Source of the DNA: Phyllosticta citribraziliensis
Taxonomy: Eukaryota
DNA: 64,000 nucleotides
Assembly (NCBI RefSeq): GCF_038025025.1
Contig: NW_027117349.1
Span: 992,001 to 1,056,000, forward strand
Direction: 5' to 3'
Shown here: piece by piece, positions 12,936 through 24,739 of the stretch
Numbering within the stretch: the first letter of the stretch is position 1
Layout of the letters: the number at the start of each line of letters is the position of its first letter
Program-made: the position numbers and the translations under genes
Notes under the pieces: generated by a model
Told to the model about the DNA's origin: nothing
Databases searched by the model: none
The model's input: only the letters and a program-made list of their open reading frames with translations

Positions 12936-13811
12936 GCGGTGGATCGACGGGGCCGGGTGGTCGCGTAGGATGAGCAGCTGTTGAATTGTGGGGAGGTTCG
13001 GGTTCCTTTATCTGCGTTTCAAAATTCACGACGTTCTGGTCACGGAGTCAAAAGTGAGTGATATCTGTGAGGCCGAAAATCAATGGCTTTCAATTCAAGG
13101 ATCGGCCATGGTGAATGAAGATTTGAAGAAACAGATGCACTACGATACCTTCACGGTGATGAGTGTCCCGACCTGACGTGAAGTGAGGCGATGGACGTTT
13201 TCATTTTCTTCAATCACTGCCAGAATTGACTGCAGGTGTTCCACATGACGGATCTACAACTTGCTCCTCCGTCAGAGGGCCTTTCGACTACAGCTCTTGC
13301 TTCTCAAACTCCAGTACTCGCTTGCTCAATATGACCGCCACAGACGACGCCCTTTGTTCAACACATCAATCCTCAAACAGAACTCGCAGCTCCACTGTCC
13401 TTCCGCTGCACGTCATAACACACTCTATTAGACTGCCCGCCAGCCCATCCCGAGAAGATGACATGAAGAACGGCCGTCGCTCGCAGCATCTGGCAAAGAT
13501 GACCATCGCATAAATGGACAACACGTGGAGCCTAGCTAAAGAATTCCAATCGCAGACATTTCTGCATCAATCATGACAAACTCGACCTGTTTTAGCAGCA
13601 ACAAGTGATGAGCTACTTGTCTGGAGGCTTGCTGCACTTCAAACTTTGCTTGGTGATCACGGATTGGTTGGCCCTCGAAGCGCCTCCTTGGTACCAGACC
13701 TCCTCTTTCCGTGACTTTTCACCCTGATGTGGCTCAGATGTTGACGAATACATGACTGCGACCCACGGAATGACCATGGGTGTCGTAGGAAATCACCGTC
13801 CCTTGTGTACG

Positions 13812-13905
13812 GAACTGCGGTGGCGGATGACTGCTCCCGCGCGCGGTTGTGGTGGTGGATCTGATCCCACGCGCAACAGGTGGCAGACGACTGCTCCTTC
13901 GCCGC
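13812..13905. repeat. Degenerate ~30-bp tandem repeat (3 units) with GACTGCTCC core
   Basis: ggtggcggatGACTGCTCC (core at 13829), ggtggtggATCTGATCC (13859) and ggtggcagacGACTGCTCC (13889). Confidence 0.7.
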
Positions 13906-15529
13906 GTAAAAAGTGATGAAAGGATGACCTCCGCTTGTAGCTGCAGTGCCAGGAGGTCCCGTTTCTTGAAACACCAATTGAGGCAACGCAATCAATGCCA
14001 AAATCGGCGCTACAGCGCGTGGACTTTGCCAGCAGTAGCCAAATTTTATCAACCACACAGAAACGCGAAGAACGCCATCATCAATCACGCCAGGGACAAG
14101 AAGAGAGCAGAAGCAACTGCGAAGGGCCCTGCTACTCATATTCCTGGATCAGTCTGGCGGATGAGCTACCTACTCATCGTCGCTCCACCAACATTGTCGA
14201 CTCGACGTGCTCAGGTCATCCCCAGCACAACACCACCGTCCTCTACCGTCGGCGTCGTCTTCGTCTGTACTTTGCTCTGATCCAGCTGGGGTGAACACTG
14301 TCGTCGACTGGACTGACTTGACGGATTCACCACCAAAAAGACGTCGCCCAGGAATTGCCTAGGCACTACCGCACCAATCAATATTCGGCCACGGAGTACA
14401 CCAAGTCCTGATAGAGCAAAAAAGATACTTTGCAGCTTCCTCATTCTCAGTCTTCAGCAATGGGGCTTCTCATTTAGCTCCGCGACGCATTTAAAGATCC
14501 AAACCAGACCGTCTGGTACAAATGTCCCCAAGTGAGATCACGACAAAGCTAATGGCTTCCGGGCTTTTCAGCGCACATACACCCATCCGTGATATAGGTG
14601 GCGGAAGAACTTGGTCTGCAGCGCCGTCCAATTTGATCAGTCGGTGAGTAGTCGTATGCTTCGACGGGGGATTGGTAGGGAGGATCCGAGCACTCGAGCC
14701 TCATTCAACAGAACTGTCCACGATTTTTACTGCCAAGCCTCGAACCCGAATCAGACCGCCTGGGTGGTCAATGGAGAGGGCCATCATTCACCAGCGAACG
14801 CTGCATTTGCGCCAGTGCCCTGCAGTCTTATGCCAGACCCACTATCTCAGCGCATCCTTCAAACCAAGTCCACTCACTCCACAGCGGCAAGAGCTGAGAT
14901 AAAGGCGTCTTCCATGCGACGGGATCTCGTAGTATGGCGACATGACAGGATGAAAGGGGCTTCCAAACTCTTGACTCTTCCCTCTTCCTGTGAGGTTTCT
15001 ATGAGCAGACTCGGTTAACTCTTCCATGCATTAGACGCAGACTGGGTGCTGAGCCCAACGCGAGAAGATATGAAGTGGTAGCAGCGGGTAGCAGGCAATG
15101 GAGCTCTACGACGCAGCACCTAACAACTTCCACACGAAGACAGGACTGGCCAACCCCGACAGACCTACCTTTAGCAAAACCCTCCTGCCGCTCTGCCGCC
15201 GCAGTGCTTGACACAGCCGCTCGCGACAACGCGTATCTTCACGTCGCCATCAACAGCACATGCATACATGCCCAAACAGCATCCTCACTTGACTTACCTG
15301 CCCCACCTCTCTCTCTCTCTCTCTCCTCCTTGCTCACGAGCGCTGCATTCTGCGCCTGCGAAACCAGAACCAGAGTCCGTCTTCTTCGCAGTGTCAGCCC
15401 ACGCACATGCGCACGCGGCGCTGCAAGGGCGGCAGACAGACAAACCGACAAACAACCCGACAAATGTCAGACACAAAGACGAAAGGACAAACGTCAGAGA
15501 AACACACACCTCTCTCTCTCCCTGCATCA

Positions 15530-15570
15530 ATGCATGCATGCATGCATGCATGCATACGTACATACATGCA
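15530..15570. repeat. (ATGC)n self-complementary microsatellite inside a 41-bp alternating purine-pyrimidine tract
   Basis: atgcatgcatgcatgcatgcatgcatacgtacatacatgca read directly. Confidence 0.9.
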
Positions 15571-18240
15571 GGCACGCAGCCGTCTCATGTGGGGAGCACA
15601 CAAACGCGAGCGGTGGCACGGCACAGCGCGGCACGAGGAGGGCAACTCAAGTCGCGCACGCTTGGCTGCCTTCCTTGCGTTGGCGCGGGTTCGGGGTGGG
15701 CGTTGACTGTGGTTTGTTATGGGGTTGGCCAAGAGACTTTTTGGTGGATGATGAGAAGGTGTGGAGGGAGGGGAAGGAATTGTTCTTGCGTTCGTGTGGT
15801 GTGTGGTGTGGGACGACAGACAAACAGACAGGCCAGCTCAGTCGGCGCGTTTGATTTTCTTTCTCTGTCCAGCGTTTCTGTCGTCTGAACCACTGCGCAG
15901 CCGCAAGATCGGATTGAAGAAGTGGTAGGGGAGATGTGACCGATGCACGTCAAATCCAGCATTCCGCCGGTAGGGCTGTCCAGACAGCCTAAGCCGAGCA
16001 CCGCACGCAAAGCCCTGCCGCTGGCGCCAGCTTCAATATTCACGCGGGCGTATCGTTAGCTAGCCCAATTGAGCAGAGACTTTACCAACCCGTCGGCCAT
16101 GCCGCCCGCCGGTCAAGAGGCAGAGAGGGAGCACAGCTCGCTCAGACGCAGGCGCCCACTGCAACCAATGAGAAAGGGGGGAGCCAGTAGCCGCCTGGCC
16201 TCAGCACACAGCGACGCAGCAGCAAAGCGCGCCGCTGAGCTGGGCTGCATTCGCGCAGCGCGACTCCAACAGACTGTGCTGCGGCTTCACCGGCAACCGG
16301 ATCGGCCGCTCTCGTGAAGCGGACATTGTCATGGACGCATGTAGGTAGGGCTGTGGACACAAGCGTCATCGTCGGGGGCAGAGGCAGCGAGACGACACGA
16401 GGTGTATTGATACGTTCCCGTATCTGTACGAGCTGTCCCTGCAGGGGCAAGGGCGCTACTGCAAGGTGGGGTTGCGGCGAGATTGACGTCGATGGGCGAG
16501 ACATCCAGGGGGACGGACTCGAGGGCCTCTTCCAGTAGCAGCAAGGAAGCGGTGGATTTTCAACGGCAAGCAAGAGCAACGAGGCGATTCAGAGCTTTCC
16601 AGCCGTGCTGGTTTGCATCTCTGCCGCATGGTGTGGCTGAAAGGCGGAAATAGGAAGCGGGATTATGGGACCTTTTGGTAATGACACCAGAAAGGCGTCA
16701 ATGCGAGAGGAGGCATGGGCAGGCTATTTTTGAGCAGCCGACGTTCTTCTTGCCAAGCCGGAAGACGTTGGGCGGATGGATGGAGCTCGTCGAGTGAGTG
16801 TCGGGTCGTCGACGAACGGACACGGGCGTCCCTGACCCCCGTGACCCCGACTCCCCCAGAAATGCCGGCGGTCAAGCTTTCATTTCGCCTCTCGGCAATG
16901 GAGGATGCTTGGAGATAAGCTTGAATTGCGAGGTGCGGGCGAGCGGGGCGGGTGAGCTTTGGAACGGATTAGTGTGGCCGCGGGAAGCTGGCCGTGGCTG
17001 GTGGCTGTCGGTGGTAGACGGTACGAGGACCGTATCGAGGGCCGCAGGCAGGACAAGGTCAACGGGCATGCCAGCTTTGGAAGGCGACGAGAGAGGGCAG
17101 ACGGTCGTGGAGCTGGAGGGTGCTGGAACGGAGCCTGGGAGAGCGGCATAAGGTTGGCGCCAACTGGGGCCGCAGGGTGGTGGTTGCGGAATGATAGGTC
17201 TGGATCATCAGGGCTGAGTGAAATGAGACGCAGAGATCAAGCCGGACATTTCCTAGAAATATTTGGAGAGTGGCAAGAACAGGATGGAGATGATGGATCG
17301 AGAGAGGCAAAATGAGGTGAGGGCAAAAATGGAATGCAAATTGTTTCTTGATCATGAGAGGACTGAGAAGGACGGTCGGGTCAGGAGAAGCGAGTGCCCA
17401 AACAGGCAAAAGCAGGCTTGGCTTGGCGGGACCTGCGCCGCATCAGTTCAGGTCTGGCGGTGAGGATATCGATACCTCCCCGCGTGGCTGAGGGATGCAG
17501 CAAGAGCAGAGGGAATGAAATGAGGGCGGCGGAGAGAATAGAAACAGCTGAGTGGTGGTGACGTTGGATCGGGACAGTGAGGTGGAGGCGCAGGACAGCG
17601 TTTGCGGCATCGGCGAAGGCGGTTGGATGATGGGCGAGTCGTGTAATATGACGATCTCCACGATGAAACGCCGTGTGGGAGAAGAGCAGTGGTTGGAACA
17701 AGCAATGGGCGAGGTCAGGACATCCCGACTGGACCACCGCAGCCATGCAGGAACCCGGTGCGACCCTACGCTCCGCCCTGCCGCCGGCACAACGGCTGGC
17801 GCCAACACCTCAAGCCTATCACCACCACCCATGGCTGCCGCCGTCACCTCGCCTCGCCGTGTCGCTATGGTCATGACCATGGCCATGGCCATGGCCCTCC
17901 CACCGCAGCCCTGCGAGGGCCTCACCAGGCGCACCGCCGCATGCAGGTACTCGTCCACGCTCACGGTCCACCGCAACACGAGCTTTGTCCCGGACCAGCT
18001 GCCAAACCCAGCATCGCGCCAGGGGAACCACCACTCCCTCATCTCCCGCGCCCACATATACAATCCCCCCCATCCTGCCCACCCCAGTCTCTCTCTTCTT
18101 CTTCACGCTCCAAAGCTTCCACTCCAACCACACTCACCATCTTGACTCCGGTCGTCCATTCTTTCGAGAACCCACGCTCTCTAAAGCTTTCAGCGCCAAC
18201 CACCACATCTTCCACCCTCCGGAAACCCACTCCAGTCAAA

Positions 18241-18954
18241 ATGAAGTACTCGTACGCTTTTGCCGCCTTCGCCGCCGTCGCTCTGGCCGCCCCCAACCCG
18301 GACAAGACCGTGTACCAGACGGACGAGGTCACCATCACCTCGTGCGGTCCCGAGGTCACCAACTGCCCGGCCCGTTCCCACTCGGCCACGCCCACCCCCG
18401 AGGTCTCTACCTCCGTCGACGTCCCCGAGACCACCACCTCTGCTGTTGACGGCGGCTCTGCTCCCCCGGCCTCCAGCACTCCCGTTGCCTCTGTCGACGT
18501 CCCCTCGTACACCCCGGCCGTCTCTTCCTCGGCCTCCGCTTCCGTCGACATTCCCTCGTACACCCCGACCCCCAAGGTCTCGGTCGACGTCCCCTCCTAC
18601 ACCCCGGTCCCCTCCGCCTCGGTCGACGTTCCTGCCACTAGCCCCGCTGTTGGTGGAGGTTCGTCTTGCGTTCCCATCTACAGGACCAGCACCGTTTACG
18701 TGACCCCAGGTGTCCCCGTCGGCACCCCCTACGTCGGCACCCCCTACGGCACCCCTGGGTAAGTTCTGATTCGTCCCCCGCAAACATCAGATCACTAACA
18801 TCTGCCCAGCGTTCCCGTCGGCACCCCCACCACCCCTGGTGCTGGCACTCCTGGCGTTGCTACTCCTACCCCCAACTACACCGGCGCTGCCAACGCTGTC
18901 AACGCCGCCGGTGCCGTTGCCGGTATGGGCGCTCTCGCCGCCTTCTTCTTGTAA
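18241..18954 (+). CDS. GPI-anchored Ser/Thr/Pro-rich cell-wall protein with internal SVD(V/I)P repeats; intron at 18759..18809
   Basis: Signal peptide MKYSYAFAAFAAVALA, Cys pair TITSCGPEVTNCPA, repeats SVD(V/I)P(SYTP), and a spliced C-terminus YTGAANAVNAAGAVAGMGALAAFFL* typical of a GPI signal. Strong codon bias. Confidence 0.93.
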
Positions 18955-21551
18955 ATCTAGAGTCATCTCTCTCTTAATTTAGCAGTAGCTCTTTTCCTCC
19001 TCTCGAGGTGATTGGCTGCTGCTGCCATGGCTTCTTTTTTACACCCCAACGCGAAATACCCATACCTCAACGAGACGGGAGGAGAGGAGTATCAGGAGGA
19101 CGGAATGATTGGAAACTGGGAAGTGGGAGGAGTGTGCTGTGGTGTGTGTGTGTTCCAGCAAAGGCGCGTGAGGCGCGCGCAAAGGCAAACCCCTTGATAC
19201 AGGCAACATCAATTCTTCTGGATTAGGTTTCCTGCTTCCGGACCACGCATCGTCTGTTTTTGTTTCTCTTCGACTGCCAAACCTTTTTGATGTCATTGTA
19301 CAGAGCATCCGCACCTTTTTGTATAATGTTTTTTTTTTCATCTCCTGTTTTTGACGGCATTTTGGAGAGCGAGCGAGATGATCGGTACATGCATGCTCGA
19401 TACCCCCAAGCAGTTGACGTCTTCGTTGTGAATATTATTGCTGTTTTATTTGATGTTGCTTGCTTGCTTGCTTGCGTTGTGCTTGTCGTTCTGTTGCTGT
19501 CTGTCTCGAGAAGCAAACGCGCGTCTCCACGTCAAACTGTCTCACTCTCAGCGCACGCAATCCGCCTCTCCCCTGACGCCGCTGCGATCGCCGCCAGCCG
19601 GCCAGCCCCCTCCCCGTCTCCCTCACCACTGTATTCGTATTCAAGCTGACACATGCCAACCAGACCAAAAAAAAAAAAACGCCATCCATCCACCATACCG
19701 CCAGCTCCGTTCAACTCAAATTCCAACCCACCGCCCTCTCCTCTCCCAAAAACCCAAGAAACCAACCGAAACGCACTGCAGACGCCTGCCCTCAGTTCAG
19801 TTCAGCTCGGTTCGCTTCGGCGTATTCGGACTTGCCCCTACCTATTGCCCCGACCGAGGGGCGCTTGGGAGGTGGCTATCGCGTCCATCTCAATTTCCTG
19901 CCAGCCCACGCCAAGACCAAGACGAGCGAAGTGATCGACAGGCACCGCACCCACCGCTGCGCGGGGCAGTGGCGCTTGGGTACGTGTTGTGTGGAGACTG
20001 CTGAGGGCTGAGCTGAGGGGAGAGGGGCGTGTTTGGTGTGAACTGTGAACTGAGGTGTCTGGTGGGCTGGGTGTGTGGGAGCTGACGCTTGCTTTGCTCT
20101 TTGCTGGCTTGGTTGAGGGTGGATGCGCGGCAGACGTTGCTACTTGCTGGCCAGCGGGCCACTCACTGGACTCTGTTGCACACTGGCAAATGATCGGGGC
20201 TGGTCTGCCTACCTACATTGAGCCCTGAACATCACACCCAGGTAGGCAAGCTAGCAAGCAAGCAAGTTAGATAGGTATGCAGGTAGGTGATAGGTAGGTA
20301 AGCAGGCTCTGGCACCAACCACCGTGCATGTTTACAGGTAAGTTAACAGGCAGGTACAAATGTAGAGCTAGCCATCAGTTCCATAGGATACAAAAAAGCG
20401 AGAGTTTTTGTCACATATATTTCTTCTTGTGGTGACGTACTGTACAGGAGGATAGGAAGTCACTGCAACATAATTGCATACCGATATGCGTGCATACCTC
20501 TCTCAAAATACCGACATGGTGCAGGGAATCGCACAAAACACGAAGCTGCGCCCTCACCGTCGGCGCCCGCGCGCTAGGCCAAGCCATCTTCGTCATTGGC
20601 AAAGTGTGAACGGACTTCAATGGTACATACTGACTTGGGTGTAAGAGAGGTGTCTTGCTACATACCTAGGTACCTAGCTATTCAGACTACCTATGTACGT
20701 GGATCATGTACGCGTCGTGGTCAGTGGGCGCCCTCGCCCATGATCCTGCTGTCCATATGTATCCATGCCATACATAGCACGAGGTGTCCAGATCCGCTGC
20801 CGTGCCATGGCCATCCCGCCTCCTCCTCGTTCTCCTCCTCGTCCTCGCCCTCCTCCTCCACGGGCGACGGAGTGCGGGCGCCGGCGGCGCAGGCCCCCTC
20901 GCATCGCCAGCCCAGCACCAACCGATGGTGGTGTCCAAGGAATGGTGGTGGAGGACGGCGGGTGGGTGTCGCGAGTAACGAGACCTCCTGATGCTGTGGT
21001 GGCGAGGTGGGCAGCATTCATCGGCCACCACAGTCACACGGGAGGAGCAGCTCGTCTGCAACCACAGGAGACAAAGCTGCACTGCATCGACTCAGCGGGA
21101 GGTAAAGTGGTATCAGTCTACCGTCTACGAGCGAGAACGGTTCGGAGGCAGTGAGTGAGTGGAGCAAGAAATAAGCGTGACATGAGAGGCGCTTGATCGG
21201 TGTGGGAGCATCAGGGGGGCACATATTCTCGACACTTGCTGCGAATGCCAGGTGGCTGTTATGAGGTGCTTAGGGGGGGATTAGGTGACGAGTGATCTTT
21301 GTCTGACTGACCGGCGTGGGTTGCGGTGATTTGGATGACCCGGACATGGAATCCAGGGAAGCAGGACAAGATGTGTTCCGTACGCGGTCAACCTGAACAT
21401 GCACCCAAGACCGGGCGGAGCGGTGAGCATACCAGCTGGCTGTCAATATATACAAGAGACGGCGGCGAGTGACCGTTCGATCAAATCAACACAAAAAACG
21501 CCACCATTCCCAATGTTTTTGCAGGAGCCCCTTAAGCCGTCAGTCGACAAC

Positions 21552-22832
21552 TCAAGCAACACGCGTCTCAACCGTTCCAATCGGCCGCTCCACCAGCTCC
21601 AAACATCCGTCGACGACGCTCTTCCTGGCGCCCTCGCTGCTCACGTTCTTGCCACCGAGGTACAGGAGCCACAACAGCCGGCTGATGCGCTCGTCCTGCA
21701 CGCGGCCGCAGTTCTCGAGCGGGCCCAGCTCGCCCTCCTTCTTGCCCGTGGCTTGGAAGAACATGTCGACGGCGCCGTGGTCGCCGCGGCGCAGCACGAG
21801 GATGTCGCCCTTGGCCGCCTTGCCGCGCGCGTCGAACAGCGCCTTGAACTCCTTGGTCGCGGCGCCGAACGCCTCGTCGCCGAACTCGGACGGCGTCTGG
21901 TTCTTGCGTGCTTCCAGGTCCGCTTCTTGCATGCGCTTCGTGATGCCGCGGAACAGCCCGTCGCGCAGGTGCGCGAAGTTGGTGTCGCGGGTTGGCACGA
22001 TGCGGATGGCCATGTTGGATTTGAGGGATGGGTCCCGCAGCAGCGACTCCCAGATCAGATTCGATTGCTCCGGGTCCAGCAGCTTGCGGCGCAGCTCGTC
22101 CTTCTCTCCGGGAATCAGCGCAGATGCAGTTTCGTTGATGCGGTGGACCAGGGCTGCTTGGAGTCGTCCCAGGGCTGTCGTCTCAACGTACAGTCCTACG
22201 ACGTAGACCTGGATGGACAGGAACGACACCGTCCGGATGCCCAGCCCAAGCAGCGTGTATTCGGTCTGCGCGTTTCCCGTCGCCGCTCCTGCGTCGGCTG
22301 CATCGCTCGGCAGCTTGATGGTCTTGGGAAAGACTGGCACACTGCTTGTACCCGTCTCGATGAGCTCAATCGTCGCCCCGCCCTCTCCCACCGCCTGCAG
22401 CTTCTCCCCGCCCGGCGCGACGACGACCTTGCGGCCCTGAAACTCCTTGGTCACGTCGCTCGGCGCGTCCGTCCTGTCCGCCTTTGATTTCGCCAGCTCT
22501 TCAATGTCGAACAGGTTGATGATGAGGACGGGCGCCGCCATGCTGAGCACAGCGCCCAGCACCAGAAATTTCCGCCGCCGCGCCCAATCTTGCCGCCGGT
22601 GGATCTCTGAGCGGTGTTTCGAAATGTCGTCGTATGGATTGCTGAAGCCGGCGTCGGCACGCGCCTTTTTGAGCTCTTGCGACGGCGTCCGCTCGCTGTA
22701 GCGGGATGCATGGCGGACGGGTTGGCGGTGCAGCGGCGCTGCGGAGCGGACGGTTGGCGACGGTCTGATTTGGGGGAGGCATCGGACAGGTCGGAGGCGT
22801 GAGAGCATGCGGGCGGTCGGATTGGACGCCAT
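21552..22832 (-). CDS. AIM18: Mitochondrial chalcone-isomerase-fold protein Aim18/Aim46-like
   Basis: Arg-rich presequence, then YTLLGLGIRTVSFLSIQVYVVGLY, IRIVPTRDTNFAHLRDG and LWLLYLGGKNVSSEGARKS. Confidence 0.88.
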   Translation of the reverse strand: MASNPTARMLSRLRPVRCLPQIRPSPTVRSAAPLHRQPVRHASRYSERTPSQELKKARADAGFSNPYDDISKHRSEIHRRQDWARRRKFLVLGAVLSMAAPVLIINLFDIEELAKSKADRTDAPSDVTKEFQGRKVVVAPGGEKLQAVGEGGATIELIETGTSSVPVFPKTIKLPSDAADAGAATGNAQTEYTLLGLGIRTVSFLSIQVYVVGLYVETTALGRLQAALVHRINETASALIPGEKDELRRKLLDPEQSNLIWESLLRDPSLKSNMAIRIVPTRDTNFAHLRDGLFRGITKRMQEADLEARKNQTPSEFGDEAFGAATKEFKALFDARGKAAKGDILVLRRGDHGAVDMFFQATGKKEGELGPLENCGRVQDERISRLLWLLYLGGKNVSSEGARKSVVDGCLELVERPIGTVETRVA

Positions 22833-23064
22833 TGTGAGGAGAGCCTGGCTGTAGACGTTGAATTGAGGATGGAAAACGTCACTGGGTGAGCTCGACTGTC
22901 AGGCTGGAAGCTGTCCGGGTTGCAGATCCGCGGAGGCGGAGTTGAGGCGCGGCCGAGGGCCCGATGACCGCCCCGCAATGGCCTAGTCGCGATTGGGCGG
23001 CGCGTCGCGCGTCCTCTCGTTTCCGTCAATTGCAACTAGCACCACCATTCAACGCCTCGCAATC

Positions 23065-24094
23065 ATGCCTCTTGTGAGAAGACGAGCTCGTGCTGTAAGT
23101 CACTTCGATCCTCTCACTCATTCTATACTAATATACCCAGGCCGAAGAGTCGGATGCTGAGAGCCCAACGACTCAGCGCAGGCGCGTCTCGCCCAGCTCA
23201 GATGCCGAGGACGAAGATGTGGATGCTACGCAAGGCGAGAACAATCAGACCAGCCAAATGGCCAACAAGCTGGTCCGTCTGGCATTCTCCAACGAGCATT
23301 CGCGAACGCCCACGCGACGGACAGACATAAGTGCCAAAGTGCTCGGGTCGCAGGGACGACAATTCAAGGCCGTCTTCAGCCAAGCCCAGGAGCTGCTGCG
23401 ATCCAAGTATGCCGTCGAATTGACACCGCTGCCGTCCAAGGAAAAGGTCACCCTGCGTGATCGGCGAGGTAAGACTCTGGCCCACTGCAAAAGAATGTTG
23501 CTAATCCTCGCAGCGGCTGCAAAGGCGGAAAAGACAAACGCGCCCACCAACGCCTGGGTCCTCACGACTTGCCTGCCCGAAAAGTACCGCAAGCCCGATA
23601 TCATCGGTCCTGCAAAAGCCCCAACGTTTGAACAGGAAGCCTCGTACACTGGTCTCTACAGCTTCGTCATCACCTGCATAATCCTCAACGGCGGATCCAT
23701 CTCGGAATCGAAACTGGACCGCTACCTCAAGCGCATGAACATTGACATTTCAACCCCAGTCGGACCCACGGACAAAGTCTTGAGCCAAATGATCAAGCAC
23801 TCGTACATTGTGCGCACCACCGACACCTCCGGCGGCGAAGAAAACATTGACTACACTGTCGGTCCTCGTGGAAAGGTGGAAGTTGGCGAGCAGGGTGCGG
23901 CTGGCTTGGTTCGCACTGTATACGGAGAAGATGCGCCAGACGACTTGGACCGCAAATTGGACCGCAGTCTCCGACTCGCGCACTCTCGCATCAGGACCCA
24001 ACAGCAGTCGCAGGACGAGGCGACAGCACAAAATGGGACGGGCAGAGGATGGGGGCGTCCCAGGAGGCATGGCCAAGACGGCGAGTCGGAGTAG
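23065..24094 (+). CDS. NSE3: MAGE-domain protein, Smc5/6 complex subunit Nse3; introns at 23095..23140 and 23469..23513
   Basis: KLVRLAFSNEHSRTPTRRTDISAKVL and IDYTVGPRGKVEV are MAGE-like motifs. Canonical GTAAG...CTAAT...CAG introns. Confidence 0.88.
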
Positions 24095-24739
24095 AGTGAT
24101 TCACGCACACGCCCAAATATTCAGGGCGGAGACATGATTGTAGCCGGGCAGGCGTATGGCGTTATGGCGGACGGCTTGGCAAGTGGACTATACCCAGGCT
24201 GTTTGAATACTTATTCTGCAAAAATTTGCCAGTTTCCTTGACTTGTGTTGTTTAGATGAACAGGCTAAGGAGTGAGACCATTCTAGCGTCATTCTAGGGA
24301 GCGAGGCATCCACCTGGCTCACGGCACTTGAGCCTACAGCCGGACCATCGTGACCCTAGAAGTACAAAAACCAAAAGTGGAGTTGTTATTTCTGGTCAGC
24401 CGCATTTCAGCTGGGGAAAGCAATAGCGAAAGAGCCAGCTGAAGGCGAGCTGCGATTACATCTGTACGCGGTGTACCTGGCTATGACCATTGGGGCAAGG
24501 TTGCCAAGATCGACCTCTTACGGGCTCCCCTAGGCGGGGATCGTCGCCCCGGACTCTGATCTCCGCCGCGGCAGCGCGTTCCACACCTCTCACCCATCTC
24601 GTCCCCATCACCAACGCGACACTCTCCACGACTCGTCGCTACTGGTTCCCTTCGCCATGATCTCCCTCCGTCACGAGTAGCCCTCCGAACCATACAATTG
24701 CACCAAAAACACCCGCGTCGAGCCATCGCAATCGCCAGC

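Noticed and set aside
17689..18240. In-frame upstream extension of the GPI protein with a His-Gly run
   Set aside because: The signal peptide and codon bias begin at ATG 18241; the upstream part looks like promoter or UTR.
21399..22487. 362-aa + strand ORF
   Set aside because: Antisense shadow of AIM18.
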